From the IMG/VR virus record IMGVR_UViG_3300037602_000037: a stretch of DNA of 64,000 nt; one strand, written 5' to 3'. The position numbers were made by a program, and so were the translations under genes. The stretch comes from a virus. Its lineage: Duplodnaviria; Caudoviricetes. Positions 20,750 through 30,363 of the stretch are shown here, piece after piece; position 1 is the stretch's first letter, and each line of letters starts with the position of its first letter. Below the pieces are notes generated by a model. It did not search any database. It was not told where the DNA came from and saw only the letters and a list, made by a program, of their open reading frames with translations.

Positions 20750-21209
20750 TAAAATAACACGTAAACTCATTGAAAACTGGAACAAGGATACATGTTTCGT
20801 CTGCGGAAGAAAGAACGTATCAGATCAACACCATATAATACCGGTAGAGTACAACGGACCCAAGAAAGGGTTAACTGTACCACTATGTCCTACTGACCAT
20901 AGATCTATTCATAGAGAAGCCGAAAACATTGTAAAAAATGATGAAATAGGTGAATTTATAAATAGAAGGTTGTACCCTATTAAAGAGCATTTTGACAGAG
21001 CTAAATTCCTTTCAGATTATATAGTAACCGCAAAGAAAAGGTTTATAGCGTCTGGCTCTAATAAGGCTGAAACAGCACGTAATATGATGCAAGTAAGTCT
21101 TTCGTCTCAAGAACTAAAAATAGCACATGATCTAAAAAGGAAGCTGGGTTTTAACTCATTGACAAGAATGGTTAAATTCCTCATTTTAGATACGTGGAAT
21201 AAAAAGTAA
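20733..21209 (+). CDS. HNH endonuclease with possible C-terminal ribbon-helix-helix
   Basis: CFVCG...QHHIIP...VPLCPTDHRSIH. Confidence 0.7.
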   Translation: MAKKRSKITRKLIENWNKDTCFVCGRKNVSDQHHIIPVEYNGPKKGLTVPLCPTDHRSIHREAENIVKNDEIGEFINRRLYPIKEHFDRAKFLSDYIVTAKKRFIASGSNKAETARNMMQVSLSSQELKIAHDLKRKLGFNSLTRMVKFLILDTWNKK

Positions 21210-21220
21210 GGAACAACGTA

Positions 21221-22153
21221 ATGCTACCTATACTACCTCTTACTGAAAAATCAACTCAAGAAAGACCTCGCGCTGGTGTTGGTATAGCCGACAAAGGTAT
21301 AGTGCTGTATTCCGGTAAAAAACGAGAACGCCATGTTTATGGTATAAACATAATGGACTTATCCCTAGTTCAGCATATTCCACAAGAAACTTCTATGTCA
21401 GGTAGGGATATGCTTATACTCATTTATTCAAGTTACTTGTATATTTTGCGCCTTACTAACACAAGAAGTATGCGACGATTGACATCAGTTCCTAGAAACG
21501 TTGTTACTGAAACTAAAGAAAACGTATTCGGGAGCTTTGATATTATAAGCTATAAGATAGCTACTTTGAGGTGCCTGTGCAAAGGTCTTTCTCCTGACGA
21601 CGCACACGAAGTTGAAGAAGAATTTCAAAAATGTGGTTTGAGAAAAGTGGACGCTACGCTCTACTTTATGCTGCATTTGAATGATGATGCTATAGACTTA
21701 GTAAAATCATTGAAAACTGTGGAAGATAAGTCGTTTGTACTAAGTAACAATACAATACCTGAAGAAATAGACGATTATGTTTTGAAAGAATTGAGAAAAG
21801 CTGCTAATTACAACGCGTATGGTATACGATTTATAGCCCATGCTAATAGGATGCAAATAGAAGATCTGACGCTGGACCTAATGTCGCGAGCTATTCAAGC
21901 TTACTACTGGGTACGACCTTTTTACAGCAAAGAACACGCTGTTAACTACGGCAAAAGAGCTTGTCATGGATACGCTCAAAATTTGAGGGAGTTTTACCAG
22001 TCACCTGACAGAGCGCGTGCTATTAACACCGGGGAAGGATACGACAATACTATCCGCGATATTGATGATAATATGCACATGTATGACTCTTACACTGAAG
22101 AAGAAAACCGTATTATCGACTACTTGGATTACAAATTAGCAGCTTATAGGTAA
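21221..22153 (+). CDS. hypothetical protein, possible divergent sigma factor (region 2-like)
   Basis: IEDLTLDLMSRAIQAYYWVRPF...VNYGKRACHGYAQNL loosely resembles sigma70 region 2. Confidence 0.45.
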   Translation: MLPILPLTEKSTQERPRAGVGIADKGIVLYSGKKRERHVYGINIMDLSLVQHIPQETSMSGRDMLILIYSSYLYILRLTNTRSMRRLTSVPRNVVTETKENVFGSFDIISYKIATLRCLCKGLSPDDAHEVEEEFQKCGLRKVDATLYFMLHLNDDAIDLVKSLKTVEDKSFVLSNNTIPEEIDDYVLKELRKAANYNAYGIRFIAHANRMQIEDLTLDLMSRAIQAYYWVRPFYSKEHAVNYGKRACHGYAQNLREFYQSPDRARAINTGEGYDNTIRDIDDNMHMYDSYTEEENRIIDYLDYKLAAYR

Positions 22154-22160
22154 TAATATT

Positions 22161-22814
22161 ATGAGAAAAAAAGTAATCAATAAAAATCAAGTGTACCAGT
22201 CAGTAAAAATCAAAACGGAAGTAAAACAAGTAGAAACTTGGGACACAATAGAATTTGATAATATATCAATTGAAGAAGTTATTAAGCAGTTCAAAGTGTT
22301 CTACCCGGGACATGTTGAGAATATAACTGCATTAGCAATGTCTCGAATAGCTTTGGGTACAGCCCTTACTAACGTAGGAAAGTATGTATCAGAATACACT
22401 AATGAATCTATTGACTTAGATGAAGAAGGTGACGTTACTAATGCTTTTGATGAAATATTTACTTCGGCACTTATGTTATACGTGACGGAACACGCTATAT
22501 CATTAGCAGTATCTGAAGATTCTAAAGATCACATAATGAAACATATTGAGCCTCAGATTAAGAAATTGTCCTCCGCTATACGTAAATCTGGTAGTGATGG
22601 CGGTGGTCACTTAGGAACTCTATCTAGAGGTTCTGAGCAGCATGAAAAAAATGTTAACAAGATAGCTAAAAAGACTGGTCTTGATAAGAATGACGGTACT
22701 GGTCCTTATGGTAATAATAAAGATTTTGACAGTAAAGAAGAAGAACATAATAAAGATGGTAGACTGAAAAAAGTTAATCAACCAAGCGCGGTGATTAAAC
22801 GCGGAAAACAATAA
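22161..22814 (+). CDS. hypothetical protein
   Basis: 217-aa ORF coupled to primase start. Confidence 0.7.
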   Translation: MRKKVINKNQVYQSVKIKTEVKQVETWDTIEFDNISIEEVIKQFKVFYPGHVENITALAMSRIALGTALTNVGKYVSEYTNESIDLDEEGDVTNAFDEIFTSALMLYVTEHAISLAVSEDSKDHIMKHIEPQIKKLSSAIRKSGSDGGGHLGTLSRGSEQHEKNVNKIAKKTGLDKNDGTGPYGNNKDFDSKEEEHNKDGRLKKVNQPSAVIKRGKQ

Positions 22815-23740
22815 TGGCTATTGATAAAGTTGCCCACATTAAAGCGGAGCTTGCCAAAATTAGCTCTATTGTGGAGCCTACTCCTAAAGAAGATGCTATA
22901 TTTATTAAGTGTCCCTACCACGGCGGTGGTAGAGAGCGTACACCCTCCAACAAAATAAATATCAAAAGCAACAAAGCTCCAATAGGCTTCTCTTACTGTT
23001 TTGGATGCAAGGCTAAAAATAGTTGGAATAATTTAGCAGCTACTTTAGGTATAGCAGGATTTAAAAAGGCCGATGAAGTTCACGATGTTTATTCGTTTAC
23101 TATGTCAACCCCGGAAGAACGTAAGACGCTTGAAGATCTGCACGTACTAAAAAGATGGAAAGAAAAACCTAAGTGGCGTACTATAACGCTAGAAACATTG
23201 AGAAAATTTGATGCTAGATTAACTCAGGATGAATCATTTAAACGTAACTACTCTCTTTATTTGCCAGTAGTAGTTCGCGATGACTACGTTGGTGGTATAT
23301 ACTGTCGTGAGGTTATGAATAAAACCTTGAAACGACAAGGTGCTATTTCTTACATTAATACAAAAGGTAGATTCACAAAAAGAGCGTTGTTCGGTTTCAA
23401 TATAGCTAAGAAACGTAAGCGACAACCTCTTTGGATAGTTGAAGGCCCACGCGATTGTATGAAAGTAGTACAACTAGGTGGTCGTGCTGTAGCTATTTTA
23501 GGTTCCTACTTTGGAGAGGAAAAGGCTAAGTTAATAGAAGCCTTGGACCCACCTTATATAATAGTAGCGACAGACCCTGATGATGCGGGGAATATAGCAG
23601 CTAAAGCAATTAAGAAACTACTACCTATGATACCCCAATACAGGGTTAAATTTCCTGAAGGTAAAGACCCTGCTCAAATGAGAATGAAAACCTTTAGACG
23701 AATAATGAAAAGATCCAAAAAACATATGGCGGCTACGTGA
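22814..23740 (+). CDS. dnaG: DNA primase (CHC2 zinc finger + TOPRIM)
   Basis: CPYH...CFGC; VEGPRD, TDPDDAG, GKDP. Confidence 0.9.
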   Translation: MAIDKVAHIKAELAKISSIVEPTPKEDAIFIKCPYHGGGRERTPSNKINIKSNKAPIGFSYCFGCKAKNSWNNLAATLGIAGFKKADEVHDVYSFTMSTPEERKTLEDLHVLKRWKEKPKWRTITLETLRKFDARLTQDESFKRNYSLYLPVVVRDDYVGGIYCREVMNKTLKRQGAISYINTKGRFTKRALFGFNIAKKRKRQPLWIVEGPRDCMKVVQLGGRAVAILGSYFGEEKAKLIEALDPPYIIVATDPDDAGNIAAKAIKKLLPMIPQYRVKFPEGKDPAQMRMKTFRRIMKRSKKHMAAT

Positions 23741-24261
23741 TGGGAAGTAGATCTGAATTAATAAACATCATTAACTCTAATAAACGAGTTAAGAAACACA
23801 TCACGGCTATTACTAAAATGCCGTTGAAGGACGAGGTCTGGATTTCAGAAATTGAATCTATGCAAATTAATCGAGGTTTACGATCTTTGAATACTTCTGC
23901 TTTGTTGCAAAGTAGTGTTAAAATTGGTATTGACTCTAACTTGGATAACCAACTTATTCGTTCTAGATGTACTGAAATAAAAATGAAGGCTATGAAACAG
24001 TCTGTTCTCATAGAAGAAACTTCAGCTTACATTAAAGCATACGTGTCTAATAAGTACGCTACGTCTTTGAAGAAGGTAGCCAGCACAGTTACTGAACGAA
24101 AACAATTTATGGATTACATACTACAACCTATTGAACGTATTAAAGATAAGCTGAGTTTTGTTATTAAGTTGTGTGACGCAATTATCGAAGATTGTGACGC
24201 TGCTGGCCACACCTTATACCGTATTGGTCTGCTTCTTGATTCTAAAGCTAAGGATAAATAG
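23737..24261 (+). CDS. helical hypothetical protein (possibly UvsY-like mediator)
   Basis: Size, helical pattern and context only. Confidence 0.5.
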   Translation: MMGSRSELINIINSNKRVKKHITAITKMPLKDEVWISEIESMQINRGLRSLNTSALLQSSVKIGIDSNLDNQLIRSRCTEIKMKAMKQSVLIEETSAYIKAYVSNKYATSLKKVASTVTERKQFMDYILQPIERIKDKLSFVIKLCDAIIEDCDAAGHTLYRIGLLLDSKAKDK

Positions 24262-24262
24262 T

Positions 24263-24724
24263 ATGTATAATCACATCAGAAAATTTGAAAAGTGCAGTCA
24301 CTCTCCTGTATGGCCTTTAATTCCTACAGCAATGCTTGAATTGAAACTACTAGGTTTAAACATCCCACCTGACCATCCGCCATGGTGGGATGACCCGTGC
24401 ATTGCTCACATTGAAGATGGTAAAGTAAAAGGGTTCATAGTATATAGGTATCAAGAACTTGAGTCATCATGGTTCATATTATTAGCGTATGTCGATAGGG
24501 AAAGTAGGCGTCAGAGTATACATTCAACTATGTTTAAATGCTTAGTTGATATGGCTAAAGAAAATGGCGGAATACTCTCAATTAGAAGTGGTACACATAT
24601 CAATAATAAAATAGCTCAGGCTGCCTTTAAAAAACAAGGCAGAGTAGCTGATACAATCATGTTTAATTACTCAATTAATGATTGGGTAAAAGGGGAACCG
24701 GTTAACTTGCCAGAGGATAAATAA
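24263..24724 (+). CDS. GNAT-family acetyltransferase
   Basis: GKVKGFIVY and AYVDRESRRQSI (motif A-like), N..AQAAFKKQG. Confidence 0.7.
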   Translation: MYNHIRKFEKCSHSPVWPLIPTAMLELKLLGLNIPPDHPPWWDDPCIAHIEDGKVKGFIVYRYQELESSWFILLAYVDRESRRQSIHSTMFKCLVDMAKENGGILSIRSGTHINNKIAQAAFKKQGRVADTIMFNYSINDWVKGEPVNLPEDK

Positions 24725-24725
24725 A

Positions 24726-25157
24726 ATGGGTAAAACAGTAATCGATAAGTTCGATGGAGAATACGCTTTTTTGAGTAATTTCTTTCCTTCCCCTATACTG
24801 TTCAAGGGTCGCATAGCTCCTACTGTAGAGCATGCTTTTCAAGCTGCGAAGGCTGTAAGTAAAGAAGATGCTATCAACATACTGAATACTAAGTCGCCAT
24901 CTTACGCCAAGAAGTTAGGTAAAAGTATTGAGTTAAAAGAAGATTGGGAAGAAACCAAAGACAAGGTAATGTTCAAATTAGTTCGCCGTAAATTTGAGAT
25001 ACCTGCACTGATGTCTAGTTTACTTGCTACGAAGAACGCCGAATTAATTGAAGGTAACTATTGGAATGACCATTATTGGGGTGTGTGCAAAGGTAAAGGC
25101 GAAAACAAATTAGGTAAAATTCTTATGAAGGTTCGAAATGAACTCGCGAGGGGTTAA
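24726..25157 (+). CDS. NADAR (YbiA-like) family hydrolase
   Basis: FLSNFF, TVEHAFQAAK, LIEGN..D.YWG, GENKLGKILMKVR. Confidence 0.9.
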   Translation: MGKTVIDKFDGEYAFLSNFFPSPILFKGRIAPTVEHAFQAAKAVSKEDAINILNTKSPSYAKKLGKSIELKEDWEETKDKVMFKLVRRKFEIPALMSSLLATKNAELIEGNYWNDHYWGVCKGKGENKLGKILMKVRNELARG

Positions 25158-25159
25158 CT

Positions 25160-26800
25160 ATGCCAGGTAGAGTCGTTCTTGGGAAAAGAATGTTCATCGA
25201 AAAAGACTTGATGCCCAAGAAGGCTATTGAGCAACGATACAAAATAGAAATCTTCAAAGAAAGTATGTGTGACAAGTGCGATAATAAACCCTTACGACCT
25301 AACGACATATGTAATGGTTGTGAGGGTTTTATTGCCAAGTACAAGTTATATTCTGAAACAGAGAAATTTTGGAGTGTACCACAAGGCGATTTCTTGTCGC
25401 TAAAGAAGCTTTTAAAGCGTAAAAATATTGAATATAGACTACTTGATAAGCGACCTACTATACCTTTTAAGTTTCCCATTAAATGGACTGGTAAACTATT
25501 TGGGGCTAATCACATTGATGAAAACGGTATTAAACGAGTAAACCAAAAGAAAGTTTTAAAGAAGTGGTTTAAATATAAGACAGGCATTCTACAGGCTAAA
25601 CCTCGTTCTGGTAAAACGCCTATGTCAGTTTACGCGTCTATTAGACTAGGCCAAAAAACTATTATTTTGTGTGATAGATTTGAGCTTATTAACCAGTTCT
25701 ATAAAACGTATATGGGTGATCCTAAGAAGGGCCGCCCTCCAATGTCCAATATTCCTAAGCTCCAAAAGAAAACTGGTAAGGAAATTATTAGAGTAGCAAA
25801 GAAGCCCAAAGACCTTACTAACCTTAAAGATGTTGACATTTTGCTGGTTAATTACCAAAAACTTGTACGTAGACCTGAAGATTTCGCTAAGATAGTTAAC
25901 GGCAATTTCTCTGTTCTAGTTGTAGACGAAGTACATGGTTCTGGAGCTGAAGGTTATCTCAGAGTTGTTTCAAACTGTTCTGTGAAACACAGGATAAGTT
26001 TATCAGCTACTCCAAGACGTAAAGACAACCGCCATAGGTTAGTGCAACGTATTATGGGTCCGGTAGTAGCTAAATCGGACACTGCATCGTTAGTACCATT
26101 AGTGAATTTACGCACAGCTAAAGCTGTTCCTAAAACTGCATACAAACAATGGCACCATGCTATGTCGTGGTTGTGTAGAGATAAAGAACTCAAAAAAGAA
26201 CTACTAAGGGCTATATTCAAGGATCTAAGAGACGGCCATAAAGTAATCATAGTACCGTTGGACAGAAAAAATCATATTGATTCAATGGTTAATATGGTAA
26301 ATCATCAAGCAGCAGTGAATAGGAAGAAAAAAGGTGAGAAGTGGCCTAAAGACCTTGCTATTAAATTCTATAATGGTGTTAACAGGGAAGAAGTTTTGGA
26401 TGCTGTGGACGATGGTAAACCGAGAGTGCTATTTGCTATCAGAAACATGATTAGACAAGGCGTAGACTTTGCGCTTCCTAGTAAGATACATATATTCATA
26501 CCTATGTCAGCCTCTACCGATAGAGAAACTGGCGCACCCATGTTTGAACAGCTTTCTAACCGTGTCTGTACCCCAGCTGTTAAAAAAGCGCCTGAAATAG
26601 ATATTTGGGTACACAACGTTACTATGTTCAGATCATGCGTTATAGGTCTGGGGTGGAATGAAATAGCACCCAATCGATATAATGGTAGAGAAGGGAAGTA
26701 CCGTCTTGAAGATAACTTCTTTGAGAAGTTGAAAACTGTGACAGAAAATAGAAAACAAAAGGCCGCTAAAAATGCTGTAGCAAAATATACTTGGGGTTAA
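25160..26800 (+). CDS. superfamily 2 DNA helicase (UvsW-like)
   Basis: PRSGKT, VVDEVH, LSATP, QGVD; N-terminal CxxC...CxxC. Confidence 0.85.
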   Translation: MPGRVVLGKRMFIEKDLMPKKAIEQRYKIEIFKESMCDKCDNKPLRPNDICNGCEGFIAKYKLYSETEKFWSVPQGDFLSLKKLLKRKNIEYRLLDKRPTIPFKFPIKWTGKLFGANHIDENGIKRVNQKKVLKKWFKYKTGILQAKPRSGKTPMSVYASIRLGQKTIILCDRFELINQFYKTYMGDPKKGRPPMSNIPKLQKKTGKEIIRVAKKPKDLTNLKDVDILLVNYQKLVRRPEDFAKIVNGNFSVLVVDEVHGSGAEGYLRVVSNCSVKHRISLSATPRRKDNRHRLVQRIMGPVVAKSDTASLVPLVNLRTAKAVPKTAYKQWHHAMSWLCRDKELKKELLRAIFKDLRDGHKVIIVPLDRKNHIDSMVNMVNHQAAVNRKKKGEKWPKDLAIKFYNGVNREEVLDAVDDGKPRVLFAIRNMIRQGVDFALPSKIHIFIPMSASTDRETGAPMFEQLSNRVCTPAVKKAPEIDIWVHNVTMFRSCVIGLGWNEIAPNRYNGREGKYRLEDNFFEKLKTVTENRKQKAAKNAVAKYTWG

Positions 26801-26867
26801 ATATATGTGATACTATATATGTAGTTGGGGTTAATTACTTACTATACCATAATTTTTGGAGTTTACA

Positions 26868-27257
26868 ATGCAAGTAATAGTAGGTTTTAACCTTGATATC
26901 ATAATCTATGTTTTGTTCTCTCATTGGATAGCTGATTTCTTATTTCAAAGTAAATGGATGATTGAACACAAGTTAGAAGATATCTTCACTATGTTGACTC
27001 ATGTCATCGTATATACTTTTTTGATTACGGTGCTATTATGGTGGTTAATACCAAGTTTAACTGCTTTATTAGTATTCATTTTAACAATTTCGTTTGTGCA
27101 TTTGGTAGTAGACACTGTAACAATAAAAATAATTGATAAATTAAAAGGTGGTAGACACTCACATTGGATCTACGCTGTTATGAGCTTCGACCAATTAGTT
27201 TGCACTTCTGTGCTTTTTGCTACGCTTATTAATCTGGTAAATTATTTCTCTCCGTAA
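26868..27257 (+). CDS. DUF3307-like membrane protein
   Basis: SHWIADFLFQS, HLVVD, FDQ; hydrophobic helices. Confidence 0.7.
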   Translation: MQVIVGFNLDIIIYVLFSHWIADFLFQSKWMIEHKLEDIFTMLTHVIVYTFLITVLLWWLIPSLTALLVFILTISFVHLVVDTVTIKIIDKLKGGRHSHWIYAVMSFDQLVCTSVLFATLINLVNYFSP

Positions 27258-27290
27258 AGTAGTATTACTATACGCAAAGGGAATTATTTT

Positions 27291-27815
27291 ATGAGTGATA
27301 TTAAAATACGTACTAACTACCCAGAAAGTCTTCAAGCTTTCGGATTACCTAAAAGACTTTCCGGTGTGAAAAGTTTCTCAGCTAAATCGTGTATTAAACC
27401 GTTCCAAGTAAACACTCTAATGTGGAATGTAAAGAAACAAACGAATGCTCTAGAGGAAGCAATGTATGGTGAACCAGGGTGGCTTTTATATATATGTAGT
27501 AACAATTTGCTAGACTATTCCAAACACCTAGCTGCAAATATTATGGCTACATATTTCTCTAATGGGCTGCGCCCTGAATGGATCGCAAGTTTAGATAAGG
27601 CTGATAAACTGCATTATTCTACATTTAGTTTGGTAGTTATCGACGCTATTTTCAAGGATTCGTCATCTTATAGGCGAGATAAAATTTACGAGATAGTAAA
27701 TCACCATTGCAACGTTAAAGACTTAAGTATTTGTATTATAGGACAGTATGAAGACCCTGTAGAAATGAGCACCCACCTAGGTATGAAACCCAATTTCGGT
27801 ATCCTCACAAAGTAA
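27291..27815 (+). CDS. hypothetical protein, possible degenerate helicase loader
   Basis: LVVID Walker-B-like strand without Walker A; directly before DnaB. Confidence 0.55.
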   Translation: MSDIKIRTNYPESLQAFGLPKRLSGVKSFSAKSCIKPFQVNTLMWNVKKQTNALEEAMYGEPGWLLYICSNNLLDYSKHLAANIMATYFSNGLRPEWIASLDKADKLHYSTFSLVVIDAIFKDSSSYRRDKIYEIVNHHCNVKDLSICIIGQYEDPVEMSTHLGMKPNFGILTK

Positions 27816-27831
27816 TAGTAGGCATTTAACT

Positions 27832-29301
27832 ATGAGAAAAATGTATTCTATGAATACAGAATTGCGGGTTATACGCACTTTAACTGTTAATCCAGATTCA
27901 AGGGCCGCGCAAGATTTGCTATCAAAAATTGATGCTTCTTTCTTTGCTACATCTGTAGGGAGAGAAGCTTTTAAAATTTGTTCACAAGAACTGCGTAAGA
28001 ATAGTCAATTACCCTATTGGGATGATCTTATATCAAACCCTAGACTGGATGAATCTATTCGCGATGTACTAGAGGACTCAGGTGATGTTGGCACCTTAAA
28101 GTCTAAAAAGATAACTAGAAAAGCAATTGACCGTCTAGCAGAATACAGAAAACTGCGTTCTTTATCTAAACTCGGGTCTAAGTTGGCCGACGCTTTAAAC
28201 TCAACTGATGCTATCAACGTTGATGAGTTGGTATCAGAAAGCCAGCAAATTTTGAATAACGCTAGGTCAGCTAAAAACTTCAAGGTACTTAGAATAGGTA
28301 AAAACTCAAATGTTAGTAAGCATATTAAGAAAGTGTTGAAGGGTGAAGCACAAAAGTTTATACCTACTGGTTTCAACGGATTTGATAAGTATAATAGGGG
28401 TATACCGCTAGGATCATACTTCTTGATAGCAGCGCCTACCGGTACTGGTAAAAGTGCCATGATTAACCAAGTAGCCGAAAATATGGCTCGTAATGGTGCT
28501 AAAGTAGGTGTAGCGCCTCTTGAAATGATTAACATAGAAATGTTGCAAAGAAATTTAGCTCGTGTTACTGACACGGATATGTTGAAATTTCTAGATCCAA
28601 AGTCAAATTTTAATAAGGAGCATAAAAGAGATATTTACAAAAAATTCATGAAATTTGATAGGAAGATCGCTAAGGTAGGCGGCGCTATTGAATACTATGA
28701 ATTTGATGAAGACATTACTATTGAGAATTTGACAAGCACAGTTAAGCCGTTTGGGTTAGACGTTTTAGCTATCGACTATTTGGGTCTACTTGAAGGTACC
28801 CAGGGTGATAATCAGTGGCAAGCTCTAGGTAACGTAGCAAGGTTCTTGCACGTATGGGGTAAAGCAAATGATATTATTACTATAGCGGCGGCCCAGTTGT
28901 CTGATGAAGGTATGCTTAGGTACTCTAAACAGATGGCGGAACACGCTAAATTCTTTTGGTACTGGAAATCCACTGATGCTAATAAGAGTAGTGGGATATA
29001 CGACATTGTTCAAAGGAAAGCTAGACAGGCTTCTGATCATACTTTCCAGCTTAAATTTGATCCCACTAAAATGACCTGGAGAGACCCTAGCGAAGAAGAA
29101 ATTGAAGAGTTCAAACAATCCGAAGAATCAAGTCGCGACGGTAAAACAAGTAAGTACAGTAGTAAATGGAAGAAAAAATCTTCTGTTGGTTGGGACGATG
29201 AAGAAGATAACGAAATTGAACCAGAACCCGGCAAAAGAGCCCAAGATCATGTAAAAAAGAAAAAGAAGAAAAAATCTAAAGCTAAGGAAGTAGAATTATG
29301 A
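27832..29301 (+). CDS. dnaB: replicative DnaB-family helicase
   Basis: AAPTGTGKS, PLEM, IDYLGL, AAQL, RKARQ. Confidence 0.9.
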   Translation: MRKMYSMNTELRVIRTLTVNPDSRAAQDLLSKIDASFFATSVGREAFKICSQELRKNSQLPYWDDLISNPRLDESIRDVLEDSGDVGTLKSKKITRKAIDRLAEYRKLRSLSKLGSKLADALNSTDAINVDELVSESQQILNNARSAKNFKVLRIGKNSNVSKHIKKVLKGEAQKFIPTGFNGFDKYNRGIPLGSYFLIAAPTGTGKSAMINQVAENMARNGAKVGVAPLEMINIEMLQRNLARVTDTDMLKFLDPKSNFNKEHKRDIYKKFMKFDRKIAKVGGAIEYYEFDEDITIENLTSTVKPFGLDVLAIDYLGLLEGTQGDNQWQALGNVARFLHVWGKANDIITIAAAQLSDEGMLRYSKQMAEHAKFFWYWKSTDANKSSGIYDIVQRKARQASDHTFQLKFDPTKMTWRDPSEEEIEEFKQSEESSRDGKTSKYSSKWKKKSSVGWDDEEDNEIEPEPGKRAQDHVKKKKKKKSKAKEVEL

Positions 29302-30353
29302 CAACTACAAAGGATGATTTTTCTATGAAAATTCTTGCTAAAGAGCTAACGCCCCCTAAATCTATTTTGCCATTTTTGCCTTATGCATCTCATCCATCTT
29401 ATATCAAGGAATTTGAGAGGGTTGATAATTACTACGTTCCAGGTCTATACTTACCTTACGACGAGGCGTGTGTAAAGGATGACTTTATATCTAATAGTCA
29501 TATAGTTACTATATCAGGTGGCGGTATTGATAGTTTTATTACTAACTTAGTTGCGATGGCTGTTGAAGTGCAGTTAGTATATTACAGTGTAAGCACCTTA
29601 CCACGTAAACTGAATAAGTCGTACATGATAAATTTTGATTACGGTCAAGAAAACGCCGAAGCTGAAAAGATTATGAATGAAAGACAGGCTAAATTCATTA
29701 GCGAGTATGGAACACCAACCCAGGCTATTAGTTTGAAGACTACTCTTTACACAGACGTAGTTAATGAACGTGCTAAAGAATATATTGATGTTAGTATTGA
29801 AAGTGCGTGTAAACAACCTGTAAGCAAGAGTATCAATCCTGTTAAAGAACTTGGTACTACAGGTTTAAGCTATGCACCTTACATTCCTATGCGTAACCCT
29901 AAGTTTATTATTGATGCTCTAGCAGCTTTTCAAGTAATAGAGGGTGGCAAAAAAGACGTAATCATAGCTATTGGAGCAGTAGGCCAAGGACATCTTGATA
30001 ATTCACCGATGGTTATACAAAATATAGTTAACCTTTTGCAAGACCTCAATCCGGACATTAATATAGCTATTTATGCGCCTTTTGCGGGTTTAGTAAAGTC
30101 CAGAGTTGTAAAAGTAGCGAATGACCTACTTAATTATATGTATTCAACGAACTCTTCAGTACTACCCACGCTTACTACTTCATGCTTTGTAAATGATTTT
30201 CCCGTATTGAGTGATGTAACTAAGGAATCACCTGAATCACCAGAAGAAGATACTACTTCTGTAGTACAATGTGGAAACTGTAAAAGTTGTAAATCTTTGA
30301 AGGAAGCTTACAGATTTGCTGGTATTTCTGATCCGTTCAAATATGAAAAGTAG
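29298..30353 (+). CDS. queC: QueC-like PP-loop ATPase (divergent paralog)
   Basis: ISGGGIDS, FDYGQ, PMRN, TSCF...CGNCKSC. Confidence 0.75.
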   Translation: MTTTKDDFSMKILAKELTPPKSILPFLPYASHPSYIKEFERVDNYYVPGLYLPYDEACVKDDFISNSHIVTISGGGIDSFITNLVAMAVEVQLVYYSVSTLPRKLNKSYMINFDYGQENAEAEKIMNERQAKFISEYGTPTQAISLKTTLYTDVVNERAKEYIDVSIESACKQPVSKSINPVKELGTTGLSYAPYIPMRNPKFIIDALAAFQVIEGGKKDVIIAIGAVGQGHLDNSPMVIQNIVNLLQDLNPDINIAIYAPFAGLVKSRVVKVANDLLNYMYSTNSSVLPTLTTSCFVNDFPVLSDVTKESPESPEEDTTSVVQCGNCKSCKSLKEAYRFAGISDPFKYEK

Positions 30354-30363
30354 GAGTTGAACA

